A stretch of DNA of 63,442 nucleotides, counting the filler, from Nitrospinae bacterium RIFCSPLOWO2_12_FULL_45_22 (lineage in GTDB: Bacteria; 2-12-FULL-45-22): NCBI GenBank assembly GCA_001803565.1. It is 6 parts of 6 records of this genome, joined end to end, with 100 filler letters (N's around TTAATTAATTAA, not from the genome) between each part and the next. Parts side by side here need not be neighbours in the genome. Positions count along the whole stretch, not along the records: positions 1 to 9,849 come from MHDQ01000032.1; 5 more parts are not named here. One strand, 5' to 3'. The notes beneath the pieces were generated by a model. The model did no database searches, was not told the origin of the DNA, and saw nothing but the letters and a program-made list of their open reading frames with translations. This document shows positions 1 to 9,466 of the stretch, one piece after another. Position 1 is the first letter of the stretch. Every line of letters starts with the position of its first letter. A program made the translations under genes and the position numbers.

Positions 1-2
1 TG

Positions 3-1292
3 AACGACCGTTCGTGGGAGGAGGAGAAACGCGTCCTGTACGTGGCCATGACCAGGGCAAAGGAACGGCTGATCCTTACTGGTGCATTGAAGGATGATGA
101 TAAATCTTATATGGGATTAATTACAAAAGCCGTGAGGGATGCCGCTGGCATTGAGCTTGGAGACGAAACATTTATGAACCTTTTGTCCCCAAAGGATGAG
201 GAAAATTTATCACCCTCCCCTAACCCCTCCCATCAAGGGAGGGGAAATAGCGGAGACTCGACGTCAAGGGAGGGGAAGAAAACAAGTGAGGAAGATAAAA
301 CAATTGCAGAAAAATTCCCTCTCCCCTTGCGGGAGAGGGTCAGGGTGAGGGGTGTTTCTCAAGGAAGTTTTCCTTTAGGAAACGCAGAGATTTTTGTAGA
401 GCATTTCAGGTTTGATGGAACACGCCATCCCTCAAAACCCACAAGAGAAAACAAAATGGATATCGATTGGACGGCTTTTGTCGAAATATGGAAGGAAAGA
501 GAGGCGGCAATGATTGAGGCGACCAGGAAGTCTCTCTTTGTCTCTCCATCGACTATTACCGATGAAGAAACGATTGCGCACGACATGCTCCCTGTCCCGG
601 GTAGAGTTGAAAGAGCTTCGGAAATCCATCCAAACCACGCTGCGTTGATCGGTTCCATCTGCCACCGTGTATTGGAGGAATGGGATTTCCATGGATCTCC
701 CCAAGAGCTTCAAAGGTCAGTCGAGTCTGTTGTAAAATGGGCTATTACCTTTGGAAAAGGTGAAATAGAATCACCTGCTCAATTTCAAGGAGAAAATATT
801 TCCATATCCCCTCCTTGTGAAGGAGGGAATTTGGAAAAGCATCTTCACACCTCCCCTTTATCCCCTCCTTGTGAAGGAGGGGAAGGAGGGGAGGTTATAA
901 AACCCCAATTTACTCCTTTTAATACCTTGCAAATTCAAGACATAGAATTGATAAAAACAGAGGTAATAAAAATACTTTCCAATTTCATTGACTCAGAGGC
1001 TTATAAAGAATTACAGAGCGCACAAATACTCGGACGCGAAATACCCATCCTGCTCAAGTGGAACGGGCAGATCATGAGAGGCACGATTGATATTATCTAC
1101 AAAATAGACAACCGTCTTATCATTGCCGATTATAAAACAGATCATGTTAAACCATCAGACCTTCAGGCAAGGGCGGAGAAATATCAACATCAGAAAGAAG
1201 TTTATGTTGAAGCAGTCAACCGTTGCCTTCAAATTGACAACCCCGAATTCAAACTCATTTTTATTAGGGTAGGTAAGGCTGTATCTATTTGA
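3..1292 (+). CDS. addA: AddA/UvrD-like helicase with C-terminal PD-(D/E)xK (RecB-type) nuclease, 5'-truncated; contains in-frame palindrome insertions
   Basis: Frame open from nt 3: EEKRVLYVAMTRAKERLILTG (SF1 helicase motif VI). Later GSICHRVLE...REIP...GTIDIIY...IIADYKTD...Y..Q...Y, the RecB-family nuclease motifs. Confidence 0.8.
   Translation, partial: NDRSWEEEKRVLYVAMTRAKERLILTGALKDDDKSYMGLITKAVRDAAGIELGDETFMNLLSPKDEENLSPSPNPSHQGRGNSGDSTSREGKKTSEEDKTIAEKFPLPLRERVRVRGVSQGSFPLGNAEIFVEHFRFDGTRHPSKPTRENKMDIDWTAFVEIWKEREAAMIEATRKSLFVSPSTITDEETIAHDMLPVPGRVERASEIHPNHAALIGSICHRVLEEWDFHGSPQELQRSVESVVKWAITFGKGEIESPAQFQGENISISPPCEGGNLEKHLHTSPLSPPCEGGEGGEVIKPQFTPFNTLQIQDIELIKTEVIKILSNFIDSEAYKELQSAQILGREIPILLKWNGQIMRGTIDIIYKIDNRLIIADYKTDHVKPSDLQARAEKYQHQKEVYVEAVNRCLQIDNPEFKLIFIRVGKAVSI
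211..352. repeat. Inverted pair of GC-rich palindromic repeats, in frame within addA
   Basis: Hairpin CCCCTCCC-atcaa-GGGAGGGG (224-244) and oppositely oriented CCCTCTCCC-cttgc-GGGAGAGGG-tcagggtgagggg (317-352). They translate as SPSPNPSHQGRG and PLPLRERVRVRG. Confidence 0.8.
807..895. repeat. Duplicated palindrome TCCCCTCCTT-gtg-AAGGAGGG(GA), in frame within addA
   Basis: Copies start at 807 and 861. The second sits inside a longer hairpin (849-895). Both translate as SPPCEGG. Confidence 0.8.
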
Positions 1293-1333
1293 TACTTCCG
1301 ATAAGGAAATAAAAATATCAACAAATAAAATCC

Positions 1334-1362
1334 TTGAAATATGAAAAGGTTAATAGGATAAT
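1334..1362 (+). promoter_or_regulatory. Putative sigma70 promoter for the type III R-M locus
   Basis: TTGAAA-17 nt-GATAAT, about 90 nt upstream of res. Confidence 0.4.
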
Positions 1363-1453
1363 GCCCTCGTTAAAACTGCCTGAGCAATTATTCCTCTTGA
1401 TAACTATTATTGAAAAGATAAGTTATTTTGCGCAATTTTTAAGTGCATAGCGT

Positions 1454-4444
1454 ATGAAGCAAGTTATCATCGAAAACCCAATTCTAAATTCCCCTTTTGT
1501 AGAACCGAAACGTCATTTCAAGTTTGCTGATGAAGGAATAACTAACGAAATTATTGAGGAACGGCGCATCAGCTCTTATTTCATTCCCATTGCCAGACCC
1601 AAAAAGAAAGGCAACCAATTATCTTTTAATACGGAATGGACAAGAGACCGTATTGAAGAAAATACGTTTGTAAATCAAATTCGCGAAAAAGTATCCTTAT
1701 GGCGAAAAAAGGATTATTACGATATAACAAAAAGAACCAGATTTCTGCTTGATTACTGGAATAATCCTGAGCGTGAGAAGAAACTATTCTTTTGTCAGAT
1801 AGAGGCGCTTGAAACCATAATTTATATCACAGAAGTAGCCGCCAAGCATGGTGATTCGTGGATAGAAAATACCATCCGACAATCAAATCAGGAGGCAAAC
1901 CCACTCCTTTATCGCATTGCCTTCAAAATGGCTACCGGAACTGGAAAAACAGTTGTCATGGCTATGATCATCGCATGGCACGCACTTAATAAGTTTGCAA
2001 ATCCACAGGATGCAAGGTTCTCCGATACATTTTTGATTGTCACCCCCGGCATTACCATTCGTGACCGTTTGAGAGTCCTTTTGCCAAATGACGCAGGAAA
2101 CTATTACCACCAACGTGACATCCTTCCTCAAGATTTACTGGAACAATTGCATAAGGTAAAAATTATTATAACCAATTTCCACGCCTTTAAGCTCAGGGAA
2201 AAATCAGATGCAGCGAGACTTACCAAGGATATTTTGTCAACTAAAACCGGAGCATTTACAGAAACCCCGGATGAGATGGTACGTCGTGTCTGCCGTGAAT
2301 TAGGTTCCAAGAAAAATATTATCGTTATAAACGACGAGTCCCATCACTGCTATCGCCGTCGTACAGAAGAGGCAGGGGCAATTCATGAATTGCCCCTACC
2401 TGGTGAAGAGCGAAAAGAGGCTGAAAAAAGGAACGAAGAAGCCCGTATCTGGATTTCCGGGCTGGAGGCAGTTAAGGCAAAGATTGGTGTCAAAGTTGTC
2501 TACGACCTTTCTGCAACCCCATTCTTCCTTCGGGGTTCAGGATATCCGGAGGGCACACTCTTCCCGTGGGTTGCATCAGACTTTTCCCTCGTGGATGCCA
2601 TCGAATCCGGCATCGTAAAGATTCCCCGTGTGCCTGTAGCCGATGACCAGATGACCGGTAGTCAGCCAGCTTACCGCGATCTGTGGATACGCATCCGTGA
2701 TGATTTACCCAAAAAGGGAAGAAAGACACACGCCGTAAGCGGTGAACCGAAACTCCCCGCAGAACTTCAGGGCGCTATTCATAGCCTCTACGGTAATTAT
2801 GAAAAAGCCTATAAATTATGGGAACAAAGCGGACAGGGAACACCGCCTGTCTTTATCGTAGTCTGCAATAATACCAATGTTTCAAAGCTTGTATTTGATT
2901 ACATCTCTGGCTGGGAGAAGATATTGCCTGACGGCGTTACTATTATTGTCCCTGGACAGTTGCCTATCTTTAACAATGAAAAAAACGGCAGATGGAACGA
3001 AAGACCAAACACAATTCTTATAGACAGCGAGCAACTCGAATCAGGCGAGTCAATGAGTGACGAATTCAAAAAGATCGCCGCTATAGAGATTGAAGAGTTT
3101 AAAGCAGAGTACCGTAAGCGTTATCCCGGACGCGATACAGAAAAGCTTACCAATGAAGACCTGCTTCGCGAGGTGATGAACACGGTCGGCAAGACCGGCA
3201 AATTGGGTGAAAACATTAAATGCGTCGTAAGCGTCTCAATGCTTACCGAGGGATGGGACGCAAATACCGTTACTCATATCCTGGGCGTTCGCGCATTTGG
3301 CACGCAGCTTCTCTGTGAACAGGTTGTCGGCAGAGGGCTTCGTAGGATAAGTTATCGCACAAATGACAATGAGATGTTTAAGCCTGAGTACGCAGAGGTG
3401 TATGGAGTACCATTCTCATTTATCCCATGTTCTGGGTCTACAAATGAACCGGAACCAGGTCCAAAACCTACCCGCGTTTATGCATTGCCAGATCGTATGC
3501 ACCTTGAAATAACCTTTCCGCGTCTTATAGGTTACGGCTATGAGATGCCGGCAGAAAAACTCAAAGCAATCTTCACGGACGACTCTAAACTTATCCTCAG
3601 TACCGCTGATATCCCAACAAAGGTCGAACTTGACCCAATAGTTGGAGAATCCAGCATCCATACACTTGATGACTTAAAAACAAGGCGTATCCAGGAAGTA
3701 GCGTTTCTTCTTGCCAAATTGACGCTGGAAAACCATTTCCAGGACGACAATGGAAATACAAAACCTTATCTCTTTCCTCAGATACTCGACATTACAAGGC
3801 ATTGGCTAAATACGTGTGTAGTGTGTAAGGACAACACCTTTCCACAGCTTTTATTGCTCATTGAGTTTGCCCACAATGCCGCAGAGCGTATCTACAGGGC
3901 AATCGTTCAATCCTCATACGGCACTCAAGCATTAAAGCCTCGTTTGAAGCGTTACGATATTTTAGGTTCCACCCAATATGTCGACTTTGATACGGTGAGG
4001 CCGGTATACCGTACGAAACTAAGCCACATAAGCCATGTGGTTGCAGATACAGACTCATGGGAGCAGAAACTTGCTCAATCACTTGAAGAAATGGACGAGG
4101 TTATATCGTATGCAAAAAACCACAACCTGGGCTTCACCATTCCTTATACATTCAATGGAGAAGAAAAGAACTATGTTCCTGATTTTATTGTCAGGTTGAG
4201 ATTACCTGTAGGGAAGAATAACCATTCGTCCATCCTCAATCTCATTATCGAAGTCACAGGAGAAAGGAAGAAAGAAAAAGAAGCAAAGGTCGCAACGGCA
4301 AGAGACCTCTGGGTACCAGCCGTCAATAACCACGGAGGTTTTGGCACATGGGCATTTCTGGAGATCAGAGACCCGTGGAATGCAAAAACAGAAATCAGAA
4401 ACGCTATAAATACGGTATTGGGAAATGTTAAAACTCTACCTTGA
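1454..4444 (+). CDS. res: Type III restriction enzyme Res subunit (SF2 helicase plus PD-(D/E)xK nuclease)
   Basis: FFCQIEA, KMATGTGKT (Walker A), INDESHHCY (DExH), SMLTEGWDA, EQVVGRGLRR, C-terminal YVPDFIV...IIEVTG; partner methyltransferase downstream. Confidence 0.9.
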   Translation: MKQVIIENPILNSPFVEPKRHFKFADEGITNEIIEERRISSYFIPIARPKKKGNQLSFNTEWTRDRIEENTFVNQIREKVSLWRKKDYYDITKRTRFLLDYWNNPEREKKLFFCQIEALETIIYITEVAAKHGDSWIENTIRQSNQEANPLLYRIAFKMATGTGKTVVMAMIIAWHALNKFANPQDARFSDTFLIVTPGITIRDRLRVLLPNDAGNYYHQRDILPQDLLEQLHKVKIIITNFHAFKLREKSDAARLTKDILSTKTGAFTETPDEMVRRVCRELGSKKNIIVINDESHHCYRRRTEEAGAIHELPLPGEERKEAEKRNEEARIWISGLEAVKAKIGVKVVYDLSATPFFLRGSGYPEGTLFPWVASDFSLVDAIESGIVKIPRVPVADDQMTGSQPAYRDLWIRIRDDLPKKGRKTHAVSGEPKLPAELQGAIHSLYGNYEKAYKLWEQSGQGTPPVFIVVCNNTNVSKLVFDYISGWEKILPDGVTIIVPGQLPIFNNEKNGRWNERPNTILIDSEQLESGESMSDEFKKIAAIEIEEFKAEYRKRYPGRDTEKLTNEDLLREVMNTVGKTGKLGENIKCVVSVSMLTEGWDANTVTHILGVRAFGTQLLCEQVVGRGLRRISYRTNDNEMFKPEYAEVYGVPFSFIPCSGSTNEPEPGPKPTRVYALPDRMHLEITFPRLIGYGYEMPAEKLKAIFTDDSKLILSTADIPTKVELDPIVGESSIHTLDDLKTRRIQEVAFLLAKLTLENHFQDDNGNTKPYLFPQILDITRHWLNTCVVCKDNTFPQLLLLIEFAHNAAERIYRAIVQSSYGTQALKPRLKRYDILGSTQYVDFDTVRPVYRTKLSHISHVVADTDSWEQKLAQSLEEMDEVISYAKNHNLGFTIPYTFNGEEKNYVPDFIVRLRLPVGKNNHSSILNLIIEVTGERKKEKEAKVATARDLWVPAVNNHGGFGTWAFLEIRDPWNAKTEIRNAINTVLGNVKTLP
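2372..2399. repeat. GTAG-family REP-like palindrome in frame within res
   Basis: GCAGGGGCAATTCATGAATTGCCCCTAC, a near-perfect palindrome ending in CTAC; translated as AGAIHELPL. Confidence 0.8.
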
Positions 4445-4588
4445 TGTAAGGGTTGAAATAGAAATGGCTTCCTCTTTAGCAAATAATATAGTGGCTTACG
4501 ATGAGATTGTATATAATATGGCAAAGGAATTTGAAGCAAAAGAGTATTCTGGGAAAAAGCAATTTATGAAAATGCAGAGAAAAACAAA

Positions 4589-6328
4589 ATGTTGACCCGT
4601 ATTCAAATCAGGAACTTTAAAAGGTTAGAGAACGTTGATTTCGACCTTGGTAAATCAGTCGTACTGATTGGCCCGAATAACAGTGGTAAAACTACAGCCC
4701 TTCAGGCCATTGCTCTCTGGGATATAGGACTTCGGTTGTGGAATATAAAGCGTAGCGGAAAGACTTCCCCAGAGAAACGTCCCGGGGTAACAATAAACCG
4801 CAGAGATATTATTGCAATTCCAGTTCCCGTTGCAAATCTCCTGTGGCGTGACTTGCACGTGCGCAATGTTGAACGTGTGGAAGGAAAACCAAGAACTCAA
4901 AATATCTTAATTGAGATCGTTGTTGACGGTGTAACCAACGATAAATCCTGGACGTGTGGTCTTGAATTTGACTATGCTAACGAGGAGTCATTCTATTGCC
5001 GTCCGCTTCGTATAGCCAATGGAAAGCAACCACAAAGGATGCCAATTCCTAAAGAGGCATCCGATATAAGGGTTGCGTTCCTTCCTCCTATGTCAGGTTT
5101 AGCGGCGATTGAACCAAAATTGGAGACAGGCCGAATCAATGTGCTTATCGGTGAAGGCCAAACTGCTCAGGTACTCCGTAATTTGTGTTATCAGATTTAT
5201 GAAAAAACTGATACAAAAAAAGATTGGCAGAAACTAACTGAACACATAGAAAAACTATTCGGAGTAATTCTATTACCACCACAGTATATCAAAGAACGTG
5301 GAGAAATTTCCATGTCTTATAGAGAGGCAGGCAGGACTCAATTTGATATTTCATCTTCTGGTAGGGGATTACAACAAACGTTGCTTTTGTTAGCTCACCT
5401 TTATTCTCATCCCCGTACCGTCCTTCTACTTGATGAGCCTGATGCCCATCTTGAAATTCTCCGTCAAAGACAAATATATCAGTTGTTGACAGAAGTTTCA
5501 GAAAAAATGGGTTCGCAAATAATTGCCGCCAGCCATTCGGAAGTTGTCCTCAATGAAGCGGCTGACCGTGATGTCGTCATTGCCTTTGTTGGAAAGCCGC
5601 ACCGCATTGACGATAGAAGTAAAGGCAGTCAGGTCTTGAAATCCCTTAAAGAAATTGGGTTTGAACACTATTATCTGGCAGAAGAGACAGGATGGGTGCT
5701 TTACCTTGAGGGTTCAACTGATTTGGCAGTTTTAAGGTCATTTGCTGATATTTTGGAACATAAAGATGCACAAAAAGCGCTTGAAAAGCCATTTGTACAT
5801 TATGTAGCTGATCAGCCAGGAGAAGTAAGAAAGCATTTTTGGGGATTGAAATATGCCAAGCAAGATCTGGTTGGAATTGCCTTGTTTGATCGGCTTGATA
5901 AACCACTGCCGGATGACCTGGGTGCGGTTGGATTGCAATGGAAGCGACGTGAATTGGAAAATTACCTCTGTATTGATGAAGTTCTTTTATCTTATGCCCG
6001 ATATGATCAGCCTGATGACCTTTTTGGTAGAGATGAAGCCGCTCGTCGAGGAAAAGCAATGCAAGAATCAATTGCAGAAATATCCTCTGCTTTAAAGACA
6101 CTCAAAAAACTTGATCCTTGGTCATCTGATATTAAGGCTACCGATGATTTTCTTGACCCTTTATTTGATAAGTATTTTGAGAAATTGGGCTTGCCAAATC
6201 TTTTAAGAAAGGCTGATTATCATATCTTAGCACGTTTAGTCCCTAAAGATAAAATCGATCCTGAAATCACCGAAAAATTAGATGCCATTGTTGAAATAGC
6301 AAAAAAAGCAAAGCCAAGAGAGGATTAG
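4589..6328 (+). CDS. ABC/AAA_15-type ATPase with C-terminal TOPRIM-like region (OLD-family-like nuclease)
   Basis: IRNFKR, IGPNNSGKTT (Walker A), SSGRGLQQ signature, LLLDEPDAHLE (Walker B/D-loop), ASHS (H-loop); C-terminal YLEGSTD...LFDRLD...RRELENYL. Confidence 0.7.
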   Translation: MLTRIQIRNFKRLENVDFDLGKSVVLIGPNNSGKTTALQAIALWDIGLRLWNIKRSGKTSPEKRPGVTINRRDIIAIPVPVANLLWRDLHVRNVERVEGKPRTQNILIEIVVDGVTNDKSWTCGLEFDYANEESFYCRPLRIANGKQPQRMPIPKEASDIRVAFLPPMSGLAAIEPKLETGRINVLIGEGQTAQVLRNLCYQIYEKTDTKKDWQKLTEHIEKLFGVILLPPQYIKERGEISMSYREAGRTQFDISSSGRGLQQTLLLLAHLYSHPRTVLLLDEPDAHLEILRQRQIYQLLTEVSEKMGSQIIAASHSEVVLNEAADRDVVIAFVGKPHRIDDRSKGSQVLKSLKEIGFEHYYLAEETGWVLYLEGSTDLAVLRSFADILEHKDAQKALEKPFVHYVADQPGEVRKHFWGLKYAKQDLVGIALFDRLDKPLPDDLGAVGLQWKRRELENYLCIDEVLLSYARYDQPDDLFGRDEAARRGKAMQESIAEISSALKTLKKLDPWSSDIKATDDFLDPLFDKYFEKLGLPNLLRKADYHILARLVPKDKIDPEITEKLDAIVEIAKKAKPRED

Positions 6329-6331
6329 TTT

Positions 6332-8875
6332 ATGGCAAAGAAAAAGAATCCATCAACAAATACTCCTGTAGAAGCACATATCCATAAAAAGGATAAACGC
6401 ATAAACATCCCCACCGCAGAACTAAAGGATTTTGTAAAAGAGGATGAAGCCAAACCAAAAAAGATTCTCTATCCGCGCGACCCTTCCCTTGACCCGCAAT
6501 TGGTGTGGAAGGGGAAAGATGAGCAGGACCAGAAACCCTTAGAAATACCAGCAGTGCCCATTTACATTCAAGAGAAGATACATCCGCAGGTATTGATAGA
6601 AGACCTGCGAAAAACATCCTCAGAATCAAAACCCAATCAGCTTAATCTCTTTGCCGATTTTAACGGCATCGAGTTTGAAAAAGACATTGACTTCTATAAA
6701 TACGAGAAGAACTGGTCAAACCGCATGATCCTGGGCGATTCCCTCCTGGTGATGAACTCCCTTGCCGAAAAGGAAGGTCTGAAAGGCAAAGTCCAGATGA
6801 TCTACTTCGACCCGCCGTACGGCATCAGATTCGGCTCAAACTGGCAGGTATCTACCAAAAAGCGCGATGTGAAGGATGGCAAGGCAGAGGATTTGACACG
6901 ACAGCCGGAGCAGATCAGGGCGTTTCGTGATACGTGGGAATTAGGCATACACTCATACCTTAGCTATCTCAGGGACAGGCTTGTCATTGCAAGAGAACTC
7001 CTGACAGAAACCGGTTCCGTGTTTGTCCAGATAGGCGATGAAAATGTTCACCTCGTGAGATGTCTGCTGGATGAGGTGTTTGGGAGTGAAAATCATATTG
7101 CCAACATCAATTATCGTGTTTTTGGAGTTCGTGCTGGACTTTTTCTTGATAGCGTCTCTGATAACATAGTATGGTACGCTAAAAATCGTATTACTGCAAA
7201 GTATCGCCAGTTATATTTAATACCCGATAATCCAACAATACAGGAATATGAACCTGTCAGATTGTATCGTCCAGGGTCGAGTGCTGGACTTGCATTTGAT
7301 TTTGATTTTCAAGGTAAACAATATCGCCCTCCATCGAATATGCATTGGGCTACAGGTATTGATGGTCTTAGTAAGTTGGCTATTGCAGATCGTCTTGTAG
7401 GTTTCACGGCTGATGTGCGCTATAAAAGATACGCTACAGATTTTCCATACATGGTTCTTACTACTACATGGAGTGACACTTGGGGAGAACAAGAAAAATC
7501 TTATGTAGTTCAAACTTCTACAAAAGTCATCGGACGATGTCTTCTCATGACCACAGACCCGGGAGACCTTGTCCTTGACCCTACCTGCGGCAGTAGCACA
7601 ACTGCCTATGTTGCCGAGCAGTGGGGCAGGCGGTGGATTACCATTGATACGAGCAAGGTTGCCCTGGCCCTTGCGCGCACGCGCCTGATGTCGGCGAAGT
7701 ATCCGTATTACAAACTTGCCGATTCTGAAGACATCAAAAAAGGCTTTACCTATAAAACCGTCCCGCACGTTACCTTAAAATCTATTGCCAACAATCCTGA
7801 CATCAAAGAAGGCATGACCCGTGAGGAGATTGGCGTCGCCATTGCCCGCCATGCCGGAACTGAAATCCTCTACGACCAGCCGGATGAGGACAAAAAGCGC
7901 ATCCGTGTAAGCGGGCCTTTTACCGTTGAAAGCCTCTCGCCCCACCGCATTCTCGCTCCGGATGAGGAACGGCCTAAATCAGAGAAATCTCCTGAAAAGA
8001 CAACAGGAAACGGGCAATTTGAACTAATGATCCTTGAAAATCTGAAAAAGGCAGGCGTACAAAACACGGTCAAGAACGAGCGTTTAAAGTTTGACAGACT
8101 CGAATCCTTTGCAGGTCTTTATATACATGGCGAAGGCGAATACACAGAAAACGGTCAGACCAGACGCGTAGCTATAAGTATCGGCCCAGAACACGGCACG
8201 GTGAGCCCTGAACTGGTAAAAGAAGCGGCAAAGGAGGCAGTCAAGGGAGTCGGCTTTGATCTGCTTATCGTATGCGGTTTTGCCTTTGATCCGTATGCAA
8301 ATGAGGTTGTAAAACAGTTTTTACCTGAATCTTCCCGCAAATCTAAAGACCCTATTATTTCTGAGAGTATACGTCAGTATGGCAAACTTACCGTCCTTCT
8401 TGCCAGGATGAACCATGATCTGGCGATGGGTGATGAAGTCCTTAAAAAAACAGGTGCGGGCAATCTCTTCATGGTATTTGGCGAGCCTGACATTGAAATC
8501 AAAAAAGTCCCTTTAAAAAAAGAAGGCAAAGGGGAATTGCAAATGATAACGGTAGAGATAAAAGGACTCGATGTTTACGACCCAACCACAGGGCAGATAA
8601 GAAGCCACTCCACCAATGACATTGCCTGCTGGTTTATCGACACGGATTACAACGAAGAAAGCTTCTTTGTCAGACATGCCTATTTCTGCGGCGCTGATGA
8701 GCCATACGAAAAGCTCAAGAAGGCGCTCAGGGCAGAAATAGATGAATCCGCATGGACAACCATTTATTCCACCAAAAGCCGTCCCTTTTCAATACCATCA
8801 AAAGGTAAGATCGCCATCAAAGTCATCAACCATTACGGGGATGAGGTGTTGAAGGTTTACGATGTAAAAAATTAA
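6332..8875 (+). CDS. mod: Type III R-M Mod subunit (beta-class adenine DNA methyltransferase)
   Basis: NRMILGDSL, YFDPPYG (motif IV), central TRD, VLDPTCGSSTT (motif I variant), C-terminal KIAIKVINHYGDE; co-oriented with res. Confidence 0.9.
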   Translation: MAKKKNPSTNTPVEAHIHKKDKRINIPTAELKDFVKEDEAKPKKILYPRDPSLDPQLVWKGKDEQDQKPLEIPAVPIYIQEKIHPQVLIEDLRKTSSESKPNQLNLFADFNGIEFEKDIDFYKYEKNWSNRMILGDSLLVMNSLAEKEGLKGKVQMIYFDPPYGIRFGSNWQVSTKKRDVKDGKAEDLTRQPEQIRAFRDTWELGIHSYLSYLRDRLVIARELLTETGSVFVQIGDENVHLVRCLLDEVFGSENHIANINYRVFGVRAGLFLDSVSDNIVWYAKNRITAKYRQLYLIPDNPTIQEYEPVRLYRPGSSAGLAFDFDFQGKQYRPPSNMHWATGIDGLSKLAIADRLVGFTADVRYKRYATDFPYMVLTTTWSDTWGEQEKSYVVQTSTKVIGRCLLMTTDPGDLVLDPTCGSSTTAYVAEQWGRRWITIDTSKVALALARTRLMSAKYPYYKLADSEDIKKGFTYKTVPHVTLKSIANNPDIKEGMTREEIGVAIARHAGTEILYDQPDEDKKRIRVSGPFTVESLSPHRILAPDEERPKSEKSPEKTTGNGQFELMILENLKKAGVQNTVKNERLKFDRLESFAGLYIHGEGEYTENGQTRRVAISIGPEHGTVSPELVKEAAKEAVKGVGFDLLIVCGFAFDPYANEVVKQFLPESSRKSKDPIISESIRQYGKLTVLLARMNHDLAMGDEVLKKTGAGNLFMVFGEPDIEIKKVPLKKEGKGELQMITVEIKGLDVYDPTTGQIRSHSTNDIACWFIDTDYNEESFFVRHAYFCGADEPYEKLKKALRAEIDESAWTTIYSTKSRPFSIPSKGKIAIKVINHYGDEVLKVYDVKN

Positions 8876-8887
8876 TGAGATATTTCC

Positions 8888-9205
8888 ATGCGCGAAAATG
8901 ACATTAAAATCATAGAAAAATTTAAAGTCCTTGTATCCATGAGAGTAAAAGTCCACGAAGTCAGGGTTTTTGGCTCAAGGGCGAGAGGCGATGCAACTGA
9001 GGAGTCAGACTTAGATGTGCTTGTTGTTGTGGATTATCTCGATCATTCGATAGAAAAGTATATAAGTGATTGTGCATGGGAAACAGGTTTTTCTGAGAAC
9101 ATAATCATAATGCCTATTGCAATAACCTTAGATACCTTAAAGAACAGCCCAATCCGTGAATCTGCCTTTATGAAAAATGTTTATCGCGAAGGGATTTGCG
9201 TATGA
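8888..9205 (+). CDS. Minimal nucleotidyltransferase (MNT-type antitoxin-like)
   Basis: 105 aa with VFGSRARGD...SDLDVLVV, the pol-beta GSx10DxD motif. Confidence 0.85.
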   Translation: MRENDIKIIEKFKVLVSMRVKVHEVRVFGSRARGDATEESDLDVLVVVDYLDHSIEKYISDCAWETGFSENIIIMPIAITLDTLKNSPIRESAFMKNVYREGICV

Positions 9206-9222
9206 AAGAAGAGCAGTTTGCG

Positions 9223-9312
9223 GTAGGGTGGATTAAGCGAGAGCGAATCCACCTTTCTTGGAAATAGTATTGGTGGATTCGGCGTAAAAACCAACGCCTT
9301 AATCCACCCTAC
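9223..9312. repeat. GTAG-family REP doublet (REPIN-like)
   Basis: GTAGGGTGGATTAAGCG...AATCCACC, then inverted GGTGGATT...CCTTAATCCACCCTAC. Confidence 0.85.
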
Positions 9313-9466
9313 TCATAAACTTGATTCTTTGCTCAATGCTTATCTGCATGAGTTTGTAATCAAATCTCTCATACATTTTTTCAGCGTCCCCCTTCACACT
9401 TTCAAGTTCATTATGATCCTGAGAGCTTAACAGACTTTATAGAGTTGGTTAAAAAGGAGTTGTGAT

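Noticed and set aside
640-1292. Cas4 nuclease
   Set aside because: It lacks the Fe-S cysteine set and is fused to a UvrD motif VI, so it is AddA/RecB-type.
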